From positions 930,001 through 994,000 of the forward strand of contig JAHDYR010000025.1 in the NCBI GenBank assembly GCA_019828565.1: 64,000 nt of DNA, given 5' to 3'. This document shows, in pieces, positions 10,581 to 19,529 of the stretch. The notes below the pieces were generated by a model. The model was not told the origin of the DNA and did no database searches. It saw only the letters and a list, made by a program, of their open reading frames with translations. Position numbers and translations under genes: made by a program. The stretch's first letter is position 1. Each line of letters begins with the position of its first letter. The stretch is from Carpediemonas membranifera BICM (taxonomy: Eukaryota > Protista > Fornicata).

Positions 10581-13169
10581 ATGGAACTTTTTGGACTTGC
10601 ATCAGAAAACGAGACGACAGATGAACAGGCGAGCTCGATGCTGCTCGCCATGCTCTGCGTCTGCATTATCCTTATGGCCCTGACCATCTACTGTATGGTC
10701 TTTCTCAAGATCAGCTGGATCCCCGAGTCGATCGTCACGATTTGCCTGGGTGCCATCGGCGGGCTCGTGATGAAGCTCTCCTCCGCCTACTTCGAGCTGG
10801 GCATTGAATCTCTGTCCGAGTTCGACCCGGAGGTCTTCTTCCTCTTCCTGCTGCCTCCCATCATCTTTGAAGGCGGCTACTCGCTGAACAAGTCGCACTT
10901 TTTCCGCAACATCTTCACAATTTGCCTCTACGCGTATATCGGCACTGTGATCTCCGCGCTGTTCACAGGTATCGGCCTCTGGACCCTCGGCTACTTCGGT
11001 ATCATCTACGAGGCCAGTTTCCTGGACAACCTCACCTTTGGCTCCCTTATTAGCGCCGTCGACCCCGTAGCAACCCTGGCAATATTCAACGCCCTCGACG
11101 TCTCCCCGATGCTCTACATGATGGTCTTTGGCGAAAGTATTCTCAATGATGCCGTCTCTGTCGTGCTTTTCCGCACCCTCCTCAGCTTCAAGGACGCCGA
11201 GGTGACGCCCCTGTCGATCCTCCTCCTGCCCCTCCAGTTCGCATGGATCAACGTCGGCTCCATCGCCCTCGGCATCATATGCGGCCTCGTCACCGCCATG
11301 ATGTTCAAACTGCTCGAACTTCAATTCCACCGCACTCTCGAGATCGTGCTCCTCTTGGCAGCTTCGTACATGGCCTACTTCATCAGTGAGGCGTTCCACC
11401 TCTCTGGCATCATGACGATCCTCTCTGTCGGTGTGATCGCCCAACACTACACGTCGTACTCCCTATCTCCCTCTAGCAGCGACGCCATCACGGAGCTGAC
11501 CCACGCTGTGTCGTTTGCCGCAGAGAACGCTGTGTTTGCGTACCTAGGGGCCTCCATCTTCTCTGTATCGCACAGCGTTAAGTTCAGCTACATTATCGCC
11601 ACCATCGCCCTCATCATCATCGGTCGTGCTCTCAACATCTTCCCGCTGACCGTCATTGCCAACAGGTTCAGGATGTACGAGGTCCCCTTCGTCTTCGGCG
11701 TTCTCCAGTGGTTCAGCGGGCTGAGGGGGGCAGTCGCCTTCGCCCTGGCCCTGACGCTCACGGGCTCGGCCGGCACCATCATAATGACCACCACCCTTGT
11801 CGTCGTCCTCTTTACGATCGTAGTGTTCGGTGGGTCAACCCTGCCGATGATGAAACTGCTCCGGGTTAATACCATCAAGGTCAAACCCAGTAAGAAGTTC
11901 GGACAGAACTACATCAGCAAGGTCTGCTCGAACAAGGTCGGACACTTGCTCGCCGAGATGGGTGTGTTCAGCGAGGAGACAAGGGAAGATGTCATTGCCC
12001 ACTTTGCACGGAAGAACTGGGTCGAGAAGCTCGACGAGATTTACATGCAGCCGACGTTCAGGAAGACTGGAGTGCCACTGGTCCAGACCCTCGCAGACCA
12101 TAAGATCAGGATCGTCTCGTTTATCACCAAAAAGCCCCTGCCCGAACGACTGCAGACCCTCACTGAGGCAAGAATGCAGGATGAGATCAACGCCACCGTC
12201 GGCCGCATCATTATTGAGACCCAAGTCAATCGGTCGACGAAACCCATGGGCAAAACTGCACTCACAGTCACGGGCGTCGACACGCGGGGCATGACGGCCT
12301 CCATTCCACCCGATGAATCCGACGTCGAGGGCGGCCCTATCACCCCACGTGCCCGCGAGACCCTCGTCCAGGACCCCACCGCCCCTGGCCACATGCTCGA
12401 CCAAGCCGCGACAAGCGGGGCGACTCTCCCAGGGGTTGATGGTCGGGCCAGAGCCCTGTCGATGCGGCACACACCCATGTTGGCTCGGAGAAACATGGCG
12501 CCGCGGCACAGCCTCGACCGGGCCCGACCCAGCCAGAGTGTCAGAGGGCCTCTGCCTGTCGGGATGCACATCCACACGTCGAAGGCGAAGAAGCACCACC
12601 ACCGACACGACTCGGCCGCCCCTACTGCTCAGATGACGCCGATTCCAGAGACTGCGACGATTGCCGACATCCCCTCCCGGCAGAGCCAGAGCTCGATTCC
12701 CCGCGTCTCTAGCAGGATCGAAAACCTAGTGCACGACGAGTCGCCCGAACACTCTCCAGTGGGGTCGAGCAAGGTCGAGAAGGGTCCTAACTGGCTCGGT
12801 GACGAGTCGAAGGTGGTCTCTCGCTATAATACCGACGACGACGGTGACAGTGGTTCTGAGGCGCACAGCGAGACCGATGCCCACGAGATGGTAACTGTGC
12901 TGAAGATTGGCATGTCCCGCCCCTCGAACCTGGCCCTTGACTCGGAGGGCAAGTCGTCCCGGTCCATGAGCTACGCCGGAGACAGCTCTTCGGACGAGGA
13001 GTCGCAGCCGGGGGAGATCAGGGCCCAGTCGCTGACTACCACGGCGGTGCCGACGCCTGTGTACAGCGAGGCCGGCTCAGACGCAGATTACAGCGAGGGG
13101 ACGGATAACGCTAATATGACGAGCAGCGACAGCAGTGACGACGGGTTCGGCGCGGACTTCAGGCTCTAA
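10581..13169 (+). CDS. CPA1 family Na+/H+ exchanger (organellar NHE/NHX-like)
   Basis: FFLFLLPPIIFEGG, ISAVDPVATLAIF, FGESILNDAV and GLRGAVAFAL motifs, multiple TM segments and a long disordered C-tail. Confidence 0.95.
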   Translation: MELFGLASENETTDEQASSMLLAMLCVCIILMALTIYCMVFLKISWIPESIVTICLGAIGGLVMKLSSAYFELGIESLSEFDPEVFFLFLLPPIIFEGGYSLNKSHFFRNIFTICLYAYIGTVISALFTGIGLWTLGYFGIIYEASFLDNLTFGSLISAVDPVATLAIFNALDVSPMLYMMVFGESILNDAVSVVLFRTLLSFKDAEVTPLSILLLPLQFAWINVGSIALGIICGLVTAMMFKLLELQFHRTLEIVLLLAASYMAYFISEAFHLSGIMTILSVGVIAQHYTSYSLSPSSSDAITELTHAVSFAAENAVFAYLGASIFSVSHSVKFSYIIATIALIIIGRALNIFPLTVIANRFRMYEVPFVFGVLQWFSGLRGAVAFALALTLTGSAGTIIMTTTLVVVLFTIVVFGGSTLPMMKLLRVNTIKVKPSKKFGQNYISKVCSNKVGHLLAEMGVFSEETREDVIAHFARKNWVEKLDEIYMQPTFRKTGVPLVQTLADHKIRIVSFITKKPLPERLQTLTEARMQDEINATVGRIIIETQVNRSTKPMGKTALTVTGVDTRGMTASIPPDESDVEGGPITPRARETLVQDPTAPGHMLDQAATSGATLPGVDGRARALSMRHTPMLARRNMAPRHSLDRARPSQSVRGPLPVGMHIHTSKAKKHHHRHDSAAPTAQMTPIPETATIADIPSRQSQSSIPRVSSRIENLVHDESPEHSPVGSSKVEKGPNWLGDESKVVSRYNTDDDGDSGSEAHSETDAHEMVTVLKIGMSRPSNLALDSEGKSSRSMSYAGDSSSDEESQPGEIRAQSLTTTAVPTPVYSEAGSDADYSEGTDNANMTSSDSSDDGFGADFRL

Positions 13170-13269
13170 TCGGAACTAAATATTCATACTCACCACCGGC
13201 CGAGACTGTCACGGCGGGCAACAAGGCAAGTTGGTTTAGAGGTTTTATCCTTGGGGTTGGAGACTCCAC

Positions 13270-13620
13270 TTCCACCCATCGTAGACGTGCCCACGGGCTT
13301 TGTCCCAGATTACATCCGGCATGTGGGTTCTTGCCAATCAGCGTCCGTCCTTCCCATGGGTAATCGAAAGATGATCTCTGAATGGAACAAGTGTGACTAC
13401 ATGGGATTCGGGCACGATAAAGATGTATCTTCACGCCGCCCGGAATTAGGATTCAGCGAAATATTAATAAGGTATTAATAAGATACAATGGCTTCTTCAT
13501 CAGCAGCCGCCCGCTGCTGTTCGCTGGTGAGGCTACACATCCTATCGCCGATTCGGGCTGAGATTGTGAAGTGCATGGCGTTAATATCGTACTGGGAGAT
13601 CGCCCAGTCGACGTCGGCTA
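13270..13620 (+). pseudogene. Highly decayed RCC1-like family remnant
   Basis: VDVPTGFVPDYIRHVG...VLPMGNRKMIS...GFGHDK, and nucleotides TGGGAGATCGCCCAGTCGACGTCG matching the family 3' end. Large deletions. Confidence 0.7.
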
Positions 13621-13734
13621 GAGAACCCAATGTAACGTAAAGTGTGTTATAAGTAGTGTCTGACAGCCCGGACATTCAGTGAATAGCCATAGCAATGAGT
13701 GCCATGAGTGCGTCTTTACTATGTCATCAAAACA

Positions 13735-16700
13735 CTACTTCGCCGGGCCTGGAGCAGGTGGGTTAGCCGTGACAGCGTTAAGTCGGCTCACAATCGCGCC
13801 AACCAGCTTAGCATTCAGCCTTTTCAACCGTCGTTCCACCGCAGCGTTGGGCGGGACAACAGTTACAAGGCCGTTGAGCCGAAGATCCACGTCGGGGTGA
13901 GTCAATCTCATCTCAAACACCGCGGGGACAGCAGCAGTGGACCCCATTAGATACAAGGCGACCGTGGCCAAATCTTCCAGGTCGCATCGTGCCCCCAGCC
14001 CTGGGCGTATTATGATCCTCGAGTTCGCGGTTATGGGCGGAATGCAACGGATCCTCGCATTGTGAATCGCCTGGTTGCCTCTACCCACGGCCTTCTCGAG
14101 CTTCTCGCTGTCGGCCGGGTCCGACACTTCATAGGTCAGGTTCCCCCAGATATCGAGGTTGATGACTGCGGCGGGGCGGGTCAGCGTCATGACGAGGGAA
14201 TCGGGGTCGCACCGGGCATTAATCATGTCCACAAGGAGGCCAGAGATGAGATCGAGGTCGTCGATAGAACTCGGGATCTCGCCCGGGATCTGAATGGTGA
14301 GCTGCGCGTGCTGGGTGGTCTTAGTTGCCTGGCAGAAGTCCTTCAGCATTTTGCCGAGTATGAACGAGTTCACGAGGTCCAATGCGGCCTGGACCATCAT
14401 CGCGTGCTCGTGGCCGTCAGTGACCACAAAGAACTTGAGCCTGGGGATGTTGGTCGCTACGCCGTCGGAAAGGCGCACATCAACCTGAGCGAGTTCCACC
14501 ACCACGTCGATGTCCAGCGTTATCTCGAAGCTGGGCGGCAGCACACCCGCCTTCATGATCTGGCCGAGGACGCGAGTGAGCTCCTGCACTCCACACGGAG
14601 TCTGGTCGACTCGAGGTATTGTGACAGGTTGACATGCATTGATGGCCTGTGTTGCCCGAGAGATCATCCACTCAACGTTGGTGTCCTGGATGACCTTGAG
14701 GACGGCAGCATCATCTGTTGACACTTTGAAAAAGCCGACAGGGTCCATAACAATATCTGCTGGCGGGCTGGTAAGCTGCATCTGCAAGGACGCAGGTCTG
14801 ATGCGGCCCATGGCCTTGAGGGCGACTTTCAGGTCCGACAGAGTCACAGCCACCGTCTTATCAGGCGGGGAGATGTTGATGTGCATCTGTGGAGTCACTT
14901 GGTTTGCGAAGAGTCGCCCGATCGCTTGGAGCGTGAGGTGTTCGTTGGCGGCGTTGACGAGGGTTTGGACCTCGGGGCAAACATCAATGGCTCGGAAGAA
15001 CGTGCTCGTCGTGGTTCCATTAGTGGTGAAGGGGCAGGTGAACGTCGATATGCTGGCATCACCGGGGAGAATTCTAATGATGAAACAGGATGGCATGCCG
15101 TGTTTGAATACTGAGGTGATGATCTTGTCGATGATCTCAGCAGAATTGGACACCCATGTCGGAATCTGCAGATTCACATCTCCCGAGAGAACTAAGCTGC
15201 TGACATCAGCGGTCGAACGGTCAAAGATCGTGTGGTTGGCACATTGCAATATCTCATTGACAACATTCGACGGCTCGCCCTCTGTGACCACAAAGAGCCT
15301 TTGCCCGGAAGATATGAAGGGCTCTGGATCGAGCACGACCTTCACCCCCCGCCCTGTCGCTGACGGAAGAACCATGGTAACCTCCGCGGGTTGGACGCCT
15401 GATCGCCCAAAAGTGGCCATGATATACCCGATAGCCGCGGCAAGATCGTTCTCGTCGTACCAGTGCGCTGGGTCCTCCGGCCTCGGCTCCTGGACGAGCG
15501 TGATGGTCATGACTGACGTGATCACAACGTCTCTGAGCGCACGGATGAGCCGCTTAGACCGAGATAGGTTCATTCGGTTCAGGATGGCCTGCACACGCAA
15601 GTCGAATCCGTGTTCCTGTTGGAACTTGTGGTGTGCAAGACGGACGGTCACGTCTGGATCTGTAAGGACGAGGTTAAGGCTGGCCGGATGTCGACCGCTG
15701 TCCTCAATGTAAGTGAGAATTCGTTCCGCCTGGTCGAGTGTGAAATCGACTTGGGCGGGCGTGGACAGATAAATGACGGCGCCCTCCACTGGGCTTGAAA
15801 GGATCTGATCTTGTACACGGCGCAGACGGGCGCCATTGAAGGGGGCTATCACCGTCTCGACCGTGCCAAGCGGCTGCGGGATCGGACTTGCGGGGGCGAT
15901 CTCGATAAACTTACTGGTGTTCATGTAAACCGTAACAGCCGGGACGGCCAGTGACATGGAGAACGAGCGGGGGGCGTCGGCGTGGCCCTCGAGCATCCGC
16001 AAGACGAGGTCAAGCTCATGGACTGTCGCCCCTGGAATCATGAGCATGACATCGGCGGCGGCGATGGAGTTCAGTCCGACGATCGCAGACCTACACTGAT
16101 GGAAGCGATTAAGCATCTCTTGGAGGTCCCTCTTCGGGCAGGTGAACCTATTGCTCTCAGAGAGTGTGACCGCGGTTTTCAGGGACGAGAGATACATATA
16201 GAACGACGTAGGGAGGGTTGGAGAGGCAAAGACGCGATACATGACCGCGAGGAAGGCGGTCATGTCGCATGTGGTGCCATCTACCGAAACGATTCTCAAG
16301 TTCGTCTGCGCGGTGATCTCGTCGCACCCCAGCGCGTGATGGCGTATTTGCTGGTCGACCATGGTCTGATTGGCCTCATCTATGGCTTGTCGGAGGGCAC
16401 CATCTGCCTCTGGACACTGGAAAAACCCGTCGCTGTCCGTAGTAACTGAGGCACGAGGGGAAGAAAGGCATATGGTGCAGCTCACGCGTCTACCCGCCTC
16501 AGCAACAGCATTGGAGAGCGGGATGAAGTCAGCAATCGTCACTGGGACGGCATCTGGCAGATTGATGTTGAGGGAATCATTGCTGGTGAGGTCATGGACC
16601 TTGAGTATGATCATCTGGAGCAGCTGGCTGTTAACGTGAGCGAGGACAGCGTCGACTTCGGCGTTGGGTCCATCTGCGACAAAGAACGTTGCCTGGAGAG

Positions 16701-18825
16701 CAGCACCTCGCACTGTCCCGAGAGATCCTGGCTCAGATTTCACAGTCACACCGAGAGAGCTCAGCCGCATCAAAAACACGGGCGGCAGCACACCTGCCTT
16801 CATGATCTGGCCGAGGACGCGAGTGAGCTCCTGCACTCCACACGGAGTCTGGTCGTCTGGTGTAATGACCAGCGCTGTGTCGGCGTTGACCAAAAGATTG
16901 CCCAGTCCATCGATGAGAGCGTTGGCCATAAACCCGTTGGCGATGCCAAGGATACTCTGCACGACTTCGTTTGGCGGGGCAGCGACGAACACGGGACTGC
17001 TCACGGCTGGCGGTGGGTGGGCTGGTTGCATTGTCACAGTTACACCGGCCACGTTCCTCTCGTTCAGAGAGATGACAAAACTCTGAGGGACGTTAGAGAA
17101 GTGCCCGCGGTGGACCAGGGTAGTAATATTGCCGACTGCCTTTCGGAGTTCATCTTCGCCACAAGGGATCCAGCTTGGGGGGTTGATGATCACATCGCGT
17201 GTCCAGGAAGCCGTGTCAGTGTTGGCGATGCTGCAAATCATTCGCTGGAGAATGAACTTATCGTGAGCTACAACGACGTCTTGCACGGCGTGAAGCGGCT
17301 GTGGGATGGAGTCTTTCGTGGGGTCTTGTGGGATCACCGTCTCGACCGTGCCAAGCGGCTGCGGGATCGGACTTGCGGGGGCGATCTCGATAAACTTACT
17401 GGTGTTCATGTAAACCGTAACAGCCGGGACGGCCAGTGACATGGAGAACGAGCGGGGGGCGTCGGCGTGGCCCTCGAGCATCCGCAAGACGAGGTCAAGC
17501 TCATGGACTGTCGCCCCTGGAATCTCCACAACGAGGGAAGCTGCGGCCATATCCTGCACCGCAGCGATCGCCATCAGCTCCTCCATCACGGCGACATGGT
17601 GCTGCACAACCGGCAGCACTCTCGGGTCCATGGTGGCCACAGCCGGGGCTGTATCACGTGTCAGCTTGACCTGTGCAGGAGGGTTGGCGAGGGTGGCACT
17701 GAATGGCACGAACCTCTTGTTCTTAGAATACTGAGTCGCCCTGCAAGCGAGCAAGGCCTTGAGATCGCCCAGATCGAGGCCCTGCCGGTTCAGGGCCAGG
17801 TATTGGAGGTCACCGCTTGTACACAGAGTGAAGAGGGACTCAAAGCTCGACAAAAGCTGTGTAACCTCGTCGACCTCTGGGGTAGCGGTAAACATTCGCC
17901 CGTTAGTGGTGTCGTCTCGGCGGACAAGAACCATATCTCCGCCGAGGAGGGTCACTTGCATGCAGAACACGAAAGGGAGTGCGCCGCATGCCAGGAAGTG
18001 GTTCAGCATGCGAGAGAGGTCGTCTAGGCAGAATTCCAGGGAGCCATGGCGGGGCTGCTGGCCAAGGGTCGAGGGCTCAGCCGCCGAGAACTGCAGCACG
18101 CTGCCCGCAGTAACCATGCTAGAGCAGGCAAGCTGCATGAGAGTCCTGCTGTATGTGGCGTTTCCCCTGTCGATCACGTCCTTAATACTGTCAGGCGCAT
18201 GGTCGTCGACTGCGAAAAAGAAGGCGCGCGGGGTTGCCCTCAGAACCGCGATATTGGCGTTGTATGGATGCATGCTGGCCTTGAAAGCAGGAGGCAAAGT
18301 TGGCTGGGAAGAAAGATAGGCGATGAGCATATCTGCATCGGCCCAGTCGAGGCTGCCAACGTCGGCCATGCCAGTTGGGGGTGTCTGGTCGACTATTAGG
18401 CGTCTGGCTGGGTCGCTGCTCTTCTCAAAGAGACGAAGCATTCTCTCGACCTCGATGTTCGGTGGTGTGACAGTCAATGACCCGTTGACCAACGCGACCG
18501 TGACATTCGGACTGCTCAGGCGGACTTCGAACACACTTGGAGTGTTTCCATGCTCACGCTGGTCTAGCAAGTGGTATAGTAAGCGAAGGAGGTCGAGCAG
18601 TGAGGTGAAAATCTCCGACGGGGGGTTCAGTCGGAACACTGTTGTCGCGTCAATCATGAGTGCGCGGAAATTGCCGATAAAACAGGCTAGTCTGGCCACA
18701 TTTGCGTTGTACACTATGGCATTGAGCTCTGGATGCGGTTCGGACAGCTGGAAGAATCCTCCGTCGTCCATCGAAACATCGATTCGCGGGGCAGTCAGGG
18801 AAACCAGAAAAGAGGCGGGAATCAC
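13735..18825 (-). CDS. Large repeat protein (>=1696 aa) of degenerate ~85-aa units; unknown function
   Basis: Long ORF with a recurrent (L/V)Px(S/V)F...L..P..xV motif. The frame stays open upstream to ~19071, and GT-AG intron-like segments at 18983-19015 and 19102-19131 suggest the real start is further upstream. Confidence 0.75.
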   Translation of the reverse strand: MIPASFLVSLTAPRIDVSMDDGGFFQLSEPHPELNAIVYNANVARLACFIGNFRALMIDATTVFRLNPPSEIFTSLLDLLRLLYHLLDQREHGNTPSVFEVRLSSPNVTVALVNGSLTVTPPNIEVERMLRLFEKSSDPARRLIVDQTPPTGMADVGSLDWADADMLIAYLSSQPTLPPAFKASMHPYNANIAVLRATPRAFFFAVDDHAPDSIKDVIDRGNATYSRTLMQLACSSMVTAGSVLQFSAAEPSTLGQQPRHGSLEFCLDDLSRMLNHFLACGALPFVFCMQVTLLGGDMVLVRRDDTTNGRMFTATPEVDEVTQLLSSFESLFTLCTSGDLQYLALNRQGLDLGDLKALLACRATQYSKNKRFVPFSATLANPPAQVKLTRDTAPAVATMDPRVLPVVQHHVAVMEELMAIAAVQDMAAASLVVEIPGATVHELDLVLRMLEGHADAPRSFSMSLAVPAVTVYMNTSKFIEIAPASPIPQPLGTVETVIPQDPTKDSIPQPLHAVQDVVVAHDKFILQRMICSIANTDTASWTRDVIINPPSWIPCGEDELRKAVGNITTLVHRGHFSNVPQSFVISLNERNVAGVTVTMQPAHPPPAVSSPVFVAAPPNEVVQSILGIANGFMANALIDGLGNLLVNADTALVITPDDQTPCGVQELTRVLGQIMKAGVLPPVFLMRLSSLGVTVKSEPGSLGTVRGAALQATFFVADGPNAEVDAVLAHVNSQLLQMIILKVHDLTSNDSLNINLPDAVPVTIADFIPLSNAVAEAGRRVSCTICLSSPRASVTTDSDGFFQCPEADGALRQAIDEANQTMVDQQIRHHALGCDEITAQTNLRIVSVDGTTCDMTAFLAVMYRVFASPTLPTSFYMYLSSLKTAVTLSESNRFTCPKRDLQEMLNRFHQCRSAIVGLNSIAAADVMLMIPGATVHELDLVLRMLEGHADAPRSFSMSLAVPAVTVYMNTSKFIEIAPASPIPQPLGTVETVIAPFNGARLRRVQDQILSSPVEGAVIYLSTPAQVDFTLDQAERILTYIEDSGRHPASLNLVLTDPDVTVRLAHHKFQQEHGFDLRVQAILNRMNLSRSKRLIRALRDVVITSVMTITLVQEPRPEDPAHWYDENDLAAAIGYIMATFGRSGVQPAEVTMVLPSATGRGVKVVLDPEPFISSGQRLFVVTEGEPSNVVNEILQCANHTIFDRSTADVSSLVLSGDVNLQIPTWVSNSAEIIDKIITSVFKHGMPSCFIIRILPGDASISTFTCPFTTNGTTTSTFFRAIDVCPEVQTLVNAANEHLTLQAIGRLFANQVTPQMHINISPPDKTVAVTLSDLKVALKAMGRIRPASLQMQLTSPPADIVMDPVGFFKVSTDDAAVLKVIQDTNVEWMISRATQAINACQPVTIPRVDQTPCGVQELTRVLGQIMKAGVLPPSFEITLDIDVVVELAQVDVRLSDGVATNIPRLKFFVVTDGHEHAMMVQAALDLVNSFILGKMLKDFCQATKTTQHAQLTIQIPGEIPSSIDDLDLISGLLVDMINARCDPDSLVMTLTRPAAVINLDIWGNLTYEVSDPADSEKLEKAVGRGNQAIHNARIRCIPPITANSRIIIRPGLGARCDLEDLATVALYLMGSTAAVPAVFEMRLTHPDVDLRLNGLVTVVPPNAAVERRLKRLNAKLVGAIVSRLNAVTANPPAPGPAK
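14533..16855. repeat. Intragenic direct repeat: 14533-14608 ~ 16780-16855 (76 bp, one mismatch)
   Basis: Both encode DQTPCGVQELTRVLGQIMKAGVLPP. Confidence 0.9.
15848..17524. repeat. Intragenic direct repeat: 15848-16039 = 17333-17524 (192 bp)
   Basis: Both copies encode IPGATVHELDLVLRMLEGHADAPRSF...GTVETVI. No nucleotide differences seen on inspection. Confidence 0.9.
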
Positions 18826-19529
18826 AGGGATCGTTGTATATGGCGCTACTAGCTTGGATAGATCGGCCGGAGAGATCGGGGTGTGCGAGTTTGTTGGCTG
18901 GACAACGAGTAGGCGGTCTGTTGACGAGGGACGAGTATTCGATAGGGCATCAATATGTGCCGTTGTGGCGCTACATGAGGCACTGAGTGAGCTTGATTGG
19001 ATTATAAAGCCATACCATGGTTGAGCTCTGAGTAATACTGGAAAAGAGTATTGGCAAACGGTCTGAGGAAGCTAGTAAGAAGAAATACGAACAAGCAGCC
19101 ACTGTGTACGAAATATGTGGAATGAACGTACTTTCCGCAGCAGCGAGGCATAGTATCGATGATGCTTGGAGGTCTGATGAAAGGTGGACCACCCTTGACC
19201 GCAGGCAGGTTTGTCACGATGGATCTATGTGAATCTAACCATGATCATGTCTGTTGGTAACCCCCACCATCATGCGATTCGGGCACCTGGGATACCAGGA
19301 TGCCGGCCGACTCTCTCAGCATTGGTGGGTCTGGCTCGACATGGTCGCATGGGTCGACGTCGACTTGGGGTCCCGTAAGAAACGCTGGAATTGTCTGGTG
19401 TCGACAAGTTGCACCCTTACTGTCAATCTGATACACAGCAACTATCTCTAATCAACGTGTAACCTGCATAATCCAAATTGCGATGCTCCAAGGCTGCTCA
19501 TCATCATGGAAGAGGCAGTGGCCATTCAT

